Shown: positions 37,842-47,425 of the stretch, in pieces
Position numbering within the stretch: position 1 is the first letter of the stretch
Layout of the letters: the number at the start of each line of letters is the position of its first letter
Virus record (IMG/VR): IMGVR_UViG_3300020048_000023
Span: 96,911-160,910 of that record
Origin: a virus
Reading direction: 5' to 3' (one strand)
DNA: 64,000 bases
Position numbers and translations under genes: made by a program
Notes under the pieces: generated by a model
The model's input: the letters and a program-made list of their open reading frames with translations, nothing else
The model's database searches: none
What the model was told of the DNA's origin: nothing

Positions 37842-38384
37842 ATGAAAATCGAATTAAAGAAACTGAAAATCGCTGAACACCTCAGTGAAGAAACCACAGC
37901 CTTTACCGCTGACGTCTATATCGACGGTAAGTGTGTAGGTTACGCTAAGAATGATGGACACGGCGGCGAAACTGACATTCGCTGCAACCACACTTCAGAC
38001 AGCCCGCTGCACAAATTACTGTATGATGCAATCGAGTGGGCTAAAACACAGCCACCTTATTCTGAAGGCGGCGGGGCACCATTACCTATGACGTTGGATT
38101 TCTATATTGATCTTATGGTGTACGATGTTTTGCTTGCCAAAGCTGAGGCTAAGGAACAGGCTAAGCTCAAGAAGCTACAGTTAAAAGAAATTCACGTTGG
38201 GGTACCTAACTCAGGGACGTACCACCGTTGGCTTTGGAAAAAAATGACGCTGGCTGATATGGCTGCCGTTCCTTCAGGCAAAGGTGCCGTACAATCCCGC
38301 ATTGACATTATCAAACGTGACCTGAAAGAAGGACAGGTTATATTGAACGCAGAATATTTAAGGTCTTTGGGCTTCACAGTCTAA
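37842..38384 (+). CDS. conserved phage protein
   Basis: LSEETTAFTADVYIDGK...NDGHGG; start corrected. Confidence 0.8.
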   Translation: MKIELKKLKIAEHLSEETTAFTADVYIDGKCVGYAKNDGHGGETDIRCNHTSDSPLHKLLYDAIEWAKTQPPYSEGGGAPLPMTLDFYIDLMVYDVLLAKAEAKEQAKLKKLQLKEIHVGVPNSGTYHRWLWKKMTLADMAAVPSGKGAVQSRIDIIKRDLKEGQVILNAEYLRSLGFTV

Positions 38385-38408
38385 AGTGGCGGGGGGGTTC
38401 ATTCTTCC

Positions 38409-38441
38409 AACGGTAGCTCTGAAAGGGGCTGCCGTTTTTTT
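38409..38441 (+). terminator. intrinsic terminator
   Basis: AACGGTAGCTC-TGAAA-GGGGCTGCCGTT followed by a T-run. Confidence 0.8.
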
Positions 38442-38517
38442 ATGGAAATATTTTGTAAATTATTTGGTAGGTTCAAATATTAGTTGTATCTTTGCTGAAA
38501 CTTTAAAACAACCCAAT

Positions 38518-38733
38518 ATGGAATACAAAATTTCGTGGGAAATTGAGCTTGACGCTGAGAACCCGCTTGAAGCCGCAAAGGAATCACTAAGAATGATACA
38601 GGACGGTGGCGAATCGCCTTTCTGTTTCTATGTACAAGCCGAAGGCTCCAAAGATGTGTTTTCTGTTGACCTGAAAGAGGACGACGAAGACGCTGTTTTA
38701 CCAGCAACTAATTATTCACCTCTTATTAAATAA
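38518..38733 (+). CDS. hypothetical protein
   Basis: YKISWEIELDAENPLEAA; start corrected. Confidence 0.75.
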   Translation: MEYKISWEIELDAENPLEAAKESLRMIQDGGESPFCFYVQAEGSKDVFSVDLKEDDEDAVLPATNYSPLIK

Positions 38734-38740
38734 TACGAAA

Positions 38741-39193
38741 ATGGGCGGATTTACACAAATTAAATTAATTGACTGCTCCCCTGAAAATATCGAGCAGCAA
38801 AATGCTAAGCTGGCAGCATACAGGGTACCCAGAAAGTACAGGTTTCAGGACTTGGAAAAGGAACAAGCCGAAGAGTACAAATGGTTTGTAAAGGGTAAGG
38901 GTGCATTTCCCGAGCATTTATTCCCGAAGGATAAAATACATTCGCTGAAAGATTTCAGGAAATACTGGAACCCGCGGGCTCTGGGTGAAGTATTCGCCCC
39001 GCCGTCTGGTACGTTGCAGTTTGACTGTTATTTCGGTAGGACTTCCAAAAACGCTATGCGTGCAATAGGTAGGTATGTAGCCGCAAACCTTGACCAGTTT
39101 AAGGTGTTCGACGGTTCATTTTCAACCTTTATGGAAAGGGGTATGACCAAAGAAGAGCGGGCGTTGGTTGATGCCAGCGGCATAGAATATTAA
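38741..39193 (+). CDS. hypothetical protein
   Basis: 150 aa. Confidence 0.75.
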   Translation: MGGFTQIKLIDCSPENIEQQNAKLAAYRVPRKYRFQDLEKEQAEEYKWFVKGKGAFPEHLFPKDKIHSLKDFRKYWNPRALGEVFAPPSGTLQFDCYFGRTSKNAMRAIGRYVAANLDQFKVFDGSFSTFMERGMTKEERALVDASGIEY

Positions 39194-39267
39194 TAAAATA
39201 TTTTGCAATTTATTTGGTGGAACCAAAAACTAATTGTATCTTTGCTGAAACTTTAAAACTAATCAAT

Positions 39268-39621
39268 ATGAAAAAGCTAACCCTTGAAGTAAACGACAAA
39301 CTAAAACCTTCCAAAGACACCCTGCGTATTGGTGGCAACGCCGTTGTTATGATCACCCCTGATATTAACGAAAATTACTGGCTGTTGCGTGTTAAGCTCA
39401 ACAAAAAGGGGCAGGCTATTGTTGGGTTTCCAAAGTTCACTACCATAGGTATTGGATTTTCACAGGAAACAAACTGGAATACCAATTTGCCTTACCCTAT
39501 GAGCGCCGAGGATATTTACAACCATATCAGGGAAAACAAAGGTAGCAAGTCAATCAAAAAGGCTGACTGTATTGCCGCAATCAAAATGATTCAGGAATTC
39601 GCAACCGCTAACAAACTATAA
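39268..39621 (+). CDS. hypothetical protein
   Basis: Start corrected. Confidence 0.75.
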   Translation: MKKLTLEVNDKLKPSKDTLRIGGNAVVMITPDINENYWLLRVKLNKKGQAIVGFPKFTTIGIGFSQETNWNTNLPYPMSAEDIYNHIRENKGSKSIKKADCIAAIKMIQEFATANKL

Positions 39622-39622
39622 T

Positions 39623-40429
39623 ATGATGCACAACCCCGACATTATGATCAACGCTCCCAGCGTATTCGCTGAGGAACCAGTGGCTGCCGTTTCCCGCCAC
39701 TATAAATTTATCCCTACCTTACAGCTTATTGAAGATTTTCGCAAGCTCGGCTGGGAAGTAAACAGGGCTAAACAACAGAAGAGCCGCACCGATCCTACGC
39801 ATACCAAACATATGGTTGTATTGCGTAATGCATCACTGGCTAATAAGATCAACGGGCTTGAAATTGAACTGTTGCTCTTAAACAGCCACAACCGCACCGC
39901 AGCCTTCAATTTTATGCTTGGCTTGTTTCGTTTCATTTGCCTGAATGGGCTGGTGGTATCTGACAAGGTGTTCGACTCAATCAGGCTCCGTCATATTGGC
40001 GGATATAACTTCCAAGACTTGGAGGAATTAACCCAAACCATTGTGGATAATGTCCCGTCTATTGTCGATACGATAACCCGTATGCAGACAGTTACCCTGA
40101 CTGATGATCAGCAAATGGAGTTCGCTTTGAAAGCAGTGGCAACCCGTTTCACTGAGTACGTTTCCGATCGGGGCAAAATAGATGTGCCAGCTATAAAGGC
40201 TGCAATCAACATGCCCGAATTCCTTACCCCGTACAGGGACGAGGACAACGACCCAACCGTTTGGGCTGTGTACAACAGAATACAGGAAAAGATTATCAAA
40301 GGCGGTTTCCAGAGAATCGGTACGAAGGATAACCAATCCAAACGTGTACGCCCCGTTACGTCAATTGCCTTGGACGTTCACGTTAATAAAGAATTATGGA
40401 CAATAGCAAATGAATATGCCGTAAGATAA
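39623..40429 (+). CDS. DUF932/DUF945 domain protein
   Basis: APSVFA, S..Y.FIPT, HTKHM, LLNSH, GLFRFICLNGLV, W.VYNRIQE, NKELW. Confidence 0.88.
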   Translation: MMHNPDIMINAPSVFAEEPVAAVSRHYKFIPTLQLIEDFRKLGWEVNRAKQQKSRTDPTHTKHMVVLRNASLANKINGLEIELLLLNSHNRTAAFNFMLGLFRFICLNGLVVSDKVFDSIRLRHIGGYNFQDLEELTQTIVDNVPSIVDTITRMQTVTLTDDQQMEFALKAVATRFTEYVSDRGKIDVPAIKAAINMPEFLTPYRDEDNDPTVWAVYNRIQEKIIKGGFQRIGTKDNQSKRVRPVTSIALDVHVNKELWTIANEYAVR

Positions 40430-40448
40430 TCCTAATATAACCAATTAA

Positions 40449-40473
40449 GAGGCTGGCACAACCAGCCTTTTTT
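40449..40473 (+). terminator. intrinsic terminator
   Basis: AGGCTGG-CACAA-CCAGCCT followed by a T-run. Confidence 0.8.
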
Positions 40474-40578
40474 GGTTTACAAGGTAAAGTTTCACTACAT
40501 AAGATTATTTATTGATTATTTTATAATTTATTTGGTAAGTTCAAATATTAGTCGTATCTTTGCTGAAACTTAAAAACA

Positions 40579-40884
40579 ATGACTAAGAAAGAATTTTTAT
40601 CACTGGCAAACTTCACCCCTTACACTGGCAGTGTCAAAGATAACAACGTAAACGCTGTATTCTTTGAGTGGCAGTCGGGCGAAGAGGACGGCAAGTACTT
40701 TGGCGGGTTCAAGTACTGTTTTTATGGTAGGGCTATACTCTGCAAGAAAACTGAGCTTATGAATACAATGTACGCTTACGTAACAGGGAAGATCAAAGAT
40801 ACTGATGTACCCTACTATATCAATATGAAGATAGCAGACAAGAACTCACAACGTTTCAAAGTTCCATTAAGTTGGAAGTGGTAA
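40579..40884 (+). CDS. hypothetical protein
   Basis: 101 aa after promoter 40531. Confidence 0.75.
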   Translation: MTKKEFLSLANFTPYTGSVKDNNVNAVFFEWQSGEEDGKYFGGFKYCFYGRAILCKKTELMNTMYAYVTGKIKDTDVPYYINMKIADKNSQRFKVPLSWKW

Positions 40885-40900
40885 TCTCAAACAAAACAGT

Positions 40901-41437
40901 ATGAAAGCACTTTTAATTCCCATTGATTTAATGGTTCGGGTATGTGTACCTGACGATGCAACCGAGGAACAAATAATTTCGGCAGCCGTTGACAAGGCGC
41001 AAGAATTATCCAGCGACCGTAGCTGGTTTGGTGAAGGTTGTGGCGAATTTGAAAACGACGAAGAAATGCCTTACGGTTCCAGCCCCAATGACAGAATACC
41101 AAAAGCCAGCCCTGAATTTATTGCGCTGGCTCAACACTTGGTTGAAATGATGGTTGAATCTGACAGTGATATGCACGTAGCGTTTCAGGATGCAGCCAGA
41201 GAGCTGGAAATTGAATCATACGACCAAAAGCTGGAAGATATGGATATTGGTGACATACCAGACCACGTTATTAAACTCACGGCGTTTGAGCTGGAATGCG
41301 GCTTTATGAACGCCGAGTATGAAAAGACCGAGGGCGGCTACTACTACTCTGGTATGACTGAGGATTACGGCGGGCTAATTGAAAAGGCTATGACCGAGCG
41401 GGCAAAGGAAATATTAACTTCAAACAAAACAATATGA
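40901..41437 (+). CDS. acidic hypothetical protein
   Basis: 178 aa, D/E-rich. Confidence 0.75.
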   Translation: MKALLIPIDLMVRVCVPDDATEEQIISAAVDKAQELSSDRSWFGEGCGEFENDEEMPYGSSPNDRIPKASPEFIALAQHLVEMMVESDSDMHVAFQDAARELEIESYDQKLEDMDIGDIPDHVIKLTAFELECGFMNAEYEKTEGGYYYSGMTEDYGGLIEKAMTERAKEILTSNKTI

Positions 41438-41673
41438 AAAACACACTGGTACAATTAACGAATGCAGACAACGAACACGCAGGGTTGTATGCAACCGACC
41501 GCACGGACACTGAAAACTTCCAGAGCATATTCGATCTGGCAATAGCGGCAGCCGATAAGGTTGCGGAAGAAGACGGCAGCGATATAAGCGACCATATGGA
41601 CGATTTGTTGCACGAAGATGGATTCGATCGTGTTTGGGCTGAGGAAGTTACAACCGATAATCCAATCGTTTAA
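41434..41673 (+). CDS. acidic small protein
   Basis: 79 aa. Confidence 0.7.
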   Translation: MKNTLVQLTNADNEHAGLYATDRTDTENFQSIFDLAIAAADKVAEEDGSDISDHMDDLLHEDGFDRVWAEEVTTDNPIV

Positions 41674-41715
41674 AAATAAATTTGGAAGTACCAAAAACTT
41701 GTTGTATATTTGCAG

Positions 41716-41865
41716 CATCAAATTAGATAAAGTGGTTTTTGGCTAATTTGGTTTTTGGTTTTACTACTGGACATAGTAAGATGATCGACTGTTTGGAATT
41801 TCATAGGCTCTGAAATGGGTGCGTAGAAAGAACTTACACTAAAGGCTGGGCAACCAGTCTTTTTT
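41716..41865 (+). ncRNA. candidate sRNA (promoter-to-terminator unit with no ORF)
   Basis: Promoter 41681; hairpins CAAATTAG/CTAATTTG, TTACTA/TAGTAA, TTTCA/TGAAA; terminator AAAGGCTGG-GCAA-CCAGTCTTT. Confidence 0.55.
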
Positions 41866-42541
41866 GTTTAATAATACTCTCTATTATGTTCAGATATTTA
41901 ACCGCTTTATCGGCTTTAAAATATTTATCGCCAGATGTATCTATGGTACACATTTCAATACCACGCTCTAAACAAGCTTGAAATTTACGTGTATCGTTAT
42001 TTTGAATTTGGTTGAGTTTATTAGCCCCGTAAATAGGCTCATAATGAAAAATACCGTTTAATTCAAAAGCAAGTTTAAGCGATGGTATGTATATATCCAG
42101 CTCAGAGTTTATAATGTCTTTACGGTTATAATGTATTTCAAGTTCTGGGTATATAGTTTGTAGTGTTTCCTCTAAATATTTTTCGAGTTTAGAACGCCGA
42201 TTACCTTTTGTTTTATGTGTATTTGTATATGTACCAGCACAGGATTTCGAGCAAAAATGATGTTTGGACTTATCAACTTGAGATTGTATACGTTCAAATG
42301 TAGCACCACATTGTCCACACGTCACGATAACCTTTACCGTCTGGTATGTATTATAGCATTTAATCGAACAAAACCTTCCGTGATTTATATAGTTTAAACC
42401 ACCTTGCTGGTGTCCAGCCAGTATTCTACTGATAAACCGTTTATCTTTATAAAACGTATCTCCACACTGTTCACATTTACAGGGTAATTTATCCGAGGCA
42501 CGTGCGGCTTGATATTCCGATTCTGTATAAAGAGGTTTCAT
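41834..42541 (-). CDS. Zn-finger repeat + Vsr/DUF559-like (EDxHD-type) endonuclease
   Basis: CEQCG..FCS, CGQCG..FCSKSC, SKLE, ELDIYIPSLKLAFELNGIFHY; start corrected to 42541. Confidence 0.85.
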   Translation of the reverse strand: MKPLYTESEYQAARASDKLPCKCEQCGDTFYKDKRFISRILAGHQQGGLNYINHGRFCSIKCYNTYQTVKVIVTCGQCGATFERIQSQVDKSKHHFCSKSCAGTYTNTHKTKGNRRSKLEKYLEETLQTIYPELEIHYNRKDIINSELDIYIPSLKLAFELNGIFHYEPIYGANKLNQIQNNDTRKFQACLERGIEMCTIDTSGDKYFKADKAVKYLNIIESIIKQKRLVAQPLV

Positions 42542-42645
42542 CTTGTTTTTATTATAAATAGTGGTGTGCAGGGTAAAATTCATTTTCGATTCATTTTTTC
42601 TGCACATTTATTTGGTAGATTGAAATATTAGTTGTACTTTTGTTG

Positions 42646-42697
42646 AGTCTATAGTCCACAGTTAAGGCGTTCGGTAAAACGGCGCCTTTTCCTTTTT
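42646..42697 (+). ncRNA. candidate tiny RNA (about 50 nt)
   Basis: Promoter 42611, then AAGGCG/CGCCTT hairpin and T-tail, then the next promoter; no ORF. Confidence 0.5.
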
Positions 42698-42763
42698 CAA
42701 TTATTTTGTAAATTATTTGGTAGGTTCAAATATTAGTTGTATCTTTGCTGAAACATTAAAGCT

Positions 42764-42982
42764 ATGTACAACTGTTGGAATGAAGCTCTTGCCTACTGCA
42801 AGAAACACCCCGCTCGGTATAAACCAGACGGCAAGCGTAAAAACAATATGTTCACCGATAACGTTGATAAGATCGAAGTTCTTATGAAACAGTACTACTA
42901 TGGTATTGAGGCTAAAAAGGAACTCTGGTGGTGTTTAGTCTATGACTGTCACGTTATCCCAGCGGATAAAAACCCTATGTGA
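42764..42982 (+). CDS. hypothetical protein
   Basis: 72 aa after promoter 42716. Confidence 0.7.
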   Translation: MYNCWNEALAYCKKHPARYKPDGKRKNNMFTDNVDKIEVLMKQYYYGIEAKKELWWCLVYDCHVIPADKNPM

Positions 42983-43083
42983 AACTTGCAGGAATTCCTT
43001 ACAGGTTTGAAGTTATCAAATAATAAATTTGGTAAGTTGTAAAATAGTTTGTAAATTTGCACCGAACTTTAAAACAAAACAAT

Positions 43084-43311
43084 ATGAATACGGCTAAATT
43101 TGTTGAAACAATTACTGTGACTGATCCTGATTCAGGATTACCTGTTGATATGTCGGTTTACAAGCACAACCAAAGTGGCGGTATGTTTGCCATTGATGCA
43201 AGCTACTTAGACCAATGCTTTGACGACGACAACTACCCTGTTATCCCTGATATTATGAATGTTAACAGGTTTGGTAAAACCAAAGAAACGTTAATGCTGG
43301 AAGGGGATTAA
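43084..43311 (+). CDS. hypothetical protein
   Basis: Start corrected. Confidence 0.75.
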   Translation: MNTAKFVETITVTDPDSGLPVDMSVYKHNQSGGMFAIDASYLDQCFDDDNYPVIPDIMNVNRFGKTKETLMLEGD

Positions 43312-43313
43312 TT

Positions 43314-43727
43314 ATGATGGCAATTGTTGACGGCAAACCCTTAGAGGTTCCCGAGAAGTTAGGCGGTTGGATTGTTCAGCGGGTTATGCCGCTGGACTTC
43401 CTGAATAGTGAGTGGGCTAAGAACCACAGAAGACTATCAGTATTCTTCCATAAAGGTTTGGAGTGCGTTATTCCAGGTTGTAAGTGTAAGGGCGCATTCT
43501 TTGTTGAGCGTGGTTGCACCAATAAGCAAGGCAAAGTTATGAGTGTTCATATAGATTTGTACACAGCAGACTTCAAGCTAATGACTGTTGATCACCACCA
43601 GCCACTGAGTAAAGGTGGTAAAGATCATATAAGCAATAAGTTTCCTATGTGTGAACACCACAACTCAAAAAAAGGTGCGCTTGTGCCTGAAATATTTTAT
43701 GAAAGATTTGGTAAGTCCGAAATTTAG
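43314..43727 (+). CDS. HNH endonuclease domain protein
   Basis: MTVDHHQPLSKGGKD...N..PMC..HNSKKG. Confidence 0.85.
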   Translation: MMAIVDGKPLEVPEKLGGWIVQRVMPLDFLNSEWAKNHRRLSVFFHKGLECVIPGCKCKGAFFVERGCTNKQGKVMSVHIDLYTADFKLMTVDHHQPLSKGGKDHISNKFPMCEHHNSKKGALVPEIFYERFGKSEI

Positions 43728-43763
43728 TTGTACATTTGCCGAAACTTTAAACACCAAACGATT

Positions 43764-44168
43764 ATGCAAGAGATCGCAAACAAAATTAATGAGCTACTGG
43801 CTCTGAACGCTGTTGACCCTGATTACGGCGTTCCAGATGAAAACCCAAACAGTTTTACCGCACGTATGGACAAACAGGAAGCCCTGATGCAGGAGTGTAT
43901 AGCTCTGGCACGTTCCAAGGGTACGCTGTTCGGTCGCATTATCCGCATACCAATGGCTGATTCAAATGCAGTTTACGTAGTAACCAAGCTGAATACACGC
44001 ACGGTACAGCTCACGTGGGTTAAATTCTGTGACAATTGGGTTGATCAGCGTATTGGCTATCAGGGTACATACCCTCTGGCTCTGGCACAAAAGCAGGCTG
44101 ACTTCGACGACTATTGGGAAAAAATGGTTGCCGATCGCAAAGCTGAACGGGAAGGAGCTACCAAATGA
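43764..44168 (+). CDS. hypothetical protein
   Basis: Start corrected. Confidence 0.75.
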   Translation: MQEIANKINELLALNAVDPDYGVPDENPNSFTARMDKQEALMQECIALARSKGTLFGRIIRIPMADSNAVYVVTKLNTRTVQLTWVKFCDNWVDQRIGYQGTYPLALAQKQADFDDYWEKMVADRKAEREGATK

Positions 44169-44605
44169 AAATGAAACCTATTGTAATTGGGCTACATATG
44201 CCTATGACTGACGGCTTCATTAACGTTCGCATTGAAGTTGACAGCAACGGAAAAGCCACAGCAATGTATTATACTGAGGCTGATCTGGAAGCAAACCCCG
44301 AAGACCCGTGGTCAGATGGATTTGGTGATATCAAAACCATAGTTGTTGAGGCGGGCGGGAGTGAAGTGTTCGACGATAATCATAAGTTTGTACCTTTTTC
44401 CAGTGAACGTATTGCCGACTTTCTGGAACAGTATGCAGAACAAGCCCGTGACAATGAATCCAGTGCGCACGTAGAGCTAATGATGGACGATCATACCTAC
44501 ATTGAGTACAGTGGTAGGGGCTTCTATTTGCCAGAGAATAATTCCTTTTACACGGAAGAAGATGAAGAAGTTCTGGAATACCTGAATGAAACCTATCACA
44601 CATAA
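44165..44605 (+). CDS. acidic hypothetical protein
   Basis: 146 aa, strongly D/E-rich. Confidence 0.75.
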   Translation: MKMKPIVIGLHMPMTDGFINVRIEVDSNGKATAMYYTEADLEANPEDPWSDGFGDIKTIVVEAGGSEVFDDNHKFVPFSSERIADFLEQYAEQARDNESSAHVELMMDDHTYIEYSGRGFYLPENNSFYTEEDEEVLEYLNETYHT

Positions 44606-44611
44606 AACAAT

Positions 44612-44660
44612 ATGAACCTACCAAAAATATTTCATAATATATTTGGTAGGTTCATTTTTT
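44612..44660 (+). terminator. hairpin formed by an inverted copy of the promoter -33 half
   Basis: ATGAACCTACCAAA/TTTGGTAGGTTCAT 14-bp inverted repeat followed by TTTTT. Confidence 0.55.
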
Positions 44661-44697
44661 AGTTGTACATTTGTCGAAACTTTAAAACAAACATAAA

Positions 44698-44847
44698 ATG
44701 AGCTACATTGTAATTGAAAAACATGGCGGGGCTGAATACGCTATAATTGTTACCGACGAAGACGGAAACAATAAGATATTTGATACACCCGAAGAGGCAC
44801 AAGTTGAGGCTGACGATTGTCAGGACGGAATTATTGTTGAACTCTAA
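44698..44847 (+). CDS. 49-aa acidic microprotein
   Basis: After promoter 44642; not in ORF track. Confidence 0.7.
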   Translation: MSYIVIEKHGGAEYAIIVTDEDGNNKIFDTPEEAQVEADDCQDGIIVEL

Positions 44848-44859
44848 TCTATACACAAA

Positions 44860-45021
44860 ATGAGCAAGGACAAGCGTTGGATTAATACTCCAAAAACTGT
44901 TCACCGTGAACTACTCAAACAAGAGGGCAAAGTTCACCTACCACCGAACAAAGTGGAACAAACCAAAAAGGCTTACAAGAAGCCGAAGTATAAACATTTA
45001 TTTGAGGAAGACGAGGACTAA
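44860..45021 (+). CDS. 53-aa microprotein
   Basis: ..KVEQTKKAYKKPKYKH..; not in ORF track. Confidence 0.65.
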   Translation: MSKDKRWINTPKTVHRELLKQEGKVHLPPNKVEQTKKAYKKPKYKHLFEEDED

Positions 45022-45024
45022 ATT

Positions 45025-45279
45025 ATGGCAACACAACATTTCGCAATTAAAGACGTGGACACGGGTGATCATATTGGTTGCCTTAGGGCGTCAACCGATC
45101 AGGAGCTGAAACAAAAGGCTCTCAAAGCCTGCGGCGAACATTATTGTGCCGATGAAGGTAAGATTCATAAACGCCTGAAGATGTCGGACTATATGGATGG
45201 CAAGAGCGGCACGTTCTTATTCACCAATGACGATAACGAACACAATGAGGTTCACATAACACAATCGTGGATATACTAA
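45025..45279 (+). CDS. hypothetical protein
   Basis: 84 aa. Confidence 0.7.
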   Translation: MATQHFAIKDVDTGDHIGCLRASTDQELKQKALKACGEHYCADEGKIHKRLKMSDYMDGKSGTFLFTNDDNEHNEVHITQSWIY

Positions 45280-45284
45280 ACAAT

Positions 45285-45500
45285 ATGAAAAACGATACAA
45301 TGAAACTGGAAGTTACCCTGACCTTTTCAGGCGGGCTAACTAAAAAACAGCGTACATCACTTATGTACCACTTTACAGCTCAACTTATCAGGCATATTGA
45401 CGTGGCTGGTATTGTACCAGATGATATCGCGCAGTATACCAAACATATCAAAGTTACTGATACTGAAGACGGTAACAGTATGGAACACGAATTTGTATAA
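45285..45500 (+). CDS. hypothetical protein
   Basis: Start corrected. Confidence 0.7.
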   Translation: MKNDTMKLEVTLTFSGGLTKKQRTSLMYHFTAQLIRHIDVAGIVPDDIAQYTKHIKVTDTEDGNSMEHEFV

Positions 45501-45572
45501 AATAATTCATAAAATATTTGGTAGATTGAAAAATTAGTTGTAATATTGCAGCCTAATCTAAAACACACGGCA

Positions 45573-46466
45573 ATGTCATACGAAATTATTTACGACAAAC
45601 AGTTTATCAAAGCAGGTGAAAACCTGTATGTGCCAATGATACTGGCAGGCAGTAACAACTGTACTGAGTTTAATTCCAGCACTGGAAAAGAACGTAGGGC
45701 ACGGAGCTGGGAAGCTTGGGGCTACCTTACACCAGATAATATGAAAATTTCCACACCTGAACAGATGTTGAAACGCATTGATGAAATCAGGGCTGACAAA
45801 GTGGAACGGTACGACGGCAAAGACGGTCGGGATGTGTACACCGATAAACAATTTGGCTATTTCAGCTCAATTGCTATCAAAGGACACTGGGCTGGTACTA
45901 CCTTCGGAGCTTTCAAAGGAATTGTTGTGACTGGTATAGCTAAGGCTTTAACCGTTGAACAGCTCAAAGAAGAAGGCGTAGGAATTAGTATCACTATGTA
46001 CGACTGGCAGGGAGAGAGCAAAGCGCAGGCTGAAAAACTGGGCTTGCCGTGGCTGGGTACTACCTACATTAAAGATTCACTTCACCTTGTTCAGGCAGTT
46101 AAAAACTATTACGAAACATACAAAGCAAGTGGATTAAGCTGGCATATAGGGTACGATTCACATAGCTTGGAACGCAATATGAAGTGGATCAGGAAGCGTC
46201 ATTTTCCAGTTGGCGGTAAAAACAAACCTGAATACGAATATGTGTACGTTGATAATTACTTCACCCTCACGTTCAAATGGGACGGATGTACTCACTACTT
46301 CGTAAAGAAAACCCGTAATGGAGTGAGATATACTCACTATCCATACCAGAGATTTGCTACCGAAAGGGAAGCCAAAGCTGTAAAAAACAGGCTGAAAGGT
46401 AGGCTGGAACTGACTGTTGTACCAGTGAATGAACGTGGACAGGTAAAAGTTGTAAAAAAATCATAG
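45573..46466 (+). CDS. hypothetical protein
   Basis: 297 aa; ACGGCA-ATG leader. Confidence 0.85.
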   Translation: MSYEIIYDKQFIKAGENLYVPMILAGSNNCTEFNSSTGKERRARSWEAWGYLTPDNMKISTPEQMLKRIDEIRADKVERYDGKDGRDVYTDKQFGYFSSIAIKGHWAGTTFGAFKGIVVTGIAKALTVEQLKEEGVGISITMYDWQGESKAQAEKLGLPWLGTTYIKDSLHLVQAVKNYYETYKASGLSWHIGYDSHSLERNMKWIRKRHFPVGGKNKPEYEYVYVDNYFTLTFKWDGCTHYFVKKTRNGVRYTHYPYQRFATEREAKAVKNRLKGRLELTVVPVNERGQVKVVKKS

Positions 46467-46468
46467 GT

Positions 46469-46750
46469 ATGGAAACGAGAACTAAAATAGGTTGTACTGA
46501 AATAGCCAGCCGTCCCGATGCTAAGGTAATGTATTATATTGATACGCTGGATACCAGCGGAAGATCGGATCAGTACGGGCATACCGAAGACGAAGCCAAA
46601 ATAATGGCAGACTGGGAAAATGAAAAGAAAACTGGGTATGATGCACATTTGTACATTGCGCTGGTTGTTGATAATAAGGATAATGGTTTTGAACTTATTG
46701 ATGACGAGGTGATTGATGGTTTTGTTTCCGACGATACCCCTTTTGATTAA
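46469..46750 (+). CDS. acidic hypothetical protein
   Basis: 93 aa. Confidence 0.7.
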   Translation: METRTKIGCTEIASRPDAKVMYYIDTLDTSGRSDQYGHTEDEAKIMADWENEKKTGYDAHLYIALVVDNKDNGFELIDDEVIDGFVSDDTPFD

Positions 46751-46813
46751 TAATTTATTTGGTAGGTTCAAATATTAGTTGTATATTTGCAGCTCACTTA
46801 AACACTCAAACCA

Positions 46814-47281
46814 ATGGATACACTTTACGGCAGAAAAGGAATCAGGGAATCATTCGAGGCAGGCTACAAAGCCGCTAATCCTGAAGCAACCAAAGAAGAC
46901 TTGGATCAGGCATACCAGAAATTTCTGGGCAATCATACCGAATTCCAGTCAGCTAAAATAACCACGGAAGAAGTTGTAGCTAATATCGAGGACTACTTTA
47001 ACAGCTTCAGCAGCAAAGAAAAAGCCTTTGCCTTGGAGATGTGCAAAAAGCACCGCACGCTACAGCAATCCTTCACCAAAGCCGTTCTGGTATGGCTGGA
47101 ACATATAGCAGTCCCGTTCAAATGGGAAGGTAATACAGCTACAGGATACAGCGTTGACGGCAGGAACGAAGCCAGCCAGAAGACAGCTCAAAAACTCCTG
47201 AAGGGCTGGGAGATGTTGGGTAAGGAAGATGAGAAAAATACATACGGAATGCCGCCTTCACAATGGCTGCATATGATATAA
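46814..47281 (+). CDS. conserved phage protein
   Basis: HRTLQQSF...DGRNEAS motif. Confidence 0.8.
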   Translation: MDTLYGRKGIRESFEAGYKAANPEATKEDLDQAYQKFLGNHTEFQSAKITTEEVVANIEDYFNSFSSKEKAFALEMCKKHRTLQQSFTKAVLVWLEHIAVPFKWEGNTATGYSVDGRNEASQKTAQKLLKGWEMLGKEDEKNTYGMPPSQWLHMI

Positions 47282-47313
47282 AGAAGCTCTTGCAAAGCAT
47301 AGGTGCTTGTTTA

Positions 47314-47348
47314 AAAAGCTGGTTAGAGATGACCAGCTTTTTTTTTTT
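47314..47348 (+). terminator. intrinsic terminator
   Basis: AAAAGCTGGT-TAGAGATG-ACCAGCTTTT followed by a T-run. Confidence 0.85.
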
Positions 47349-47425
47349 CTTAAATTATTTTGTAAATTATTTGGTAGGTTCAAATATTAGTTGTATCTTC
47401 GCATTCTAATTTAAAACATACGACA

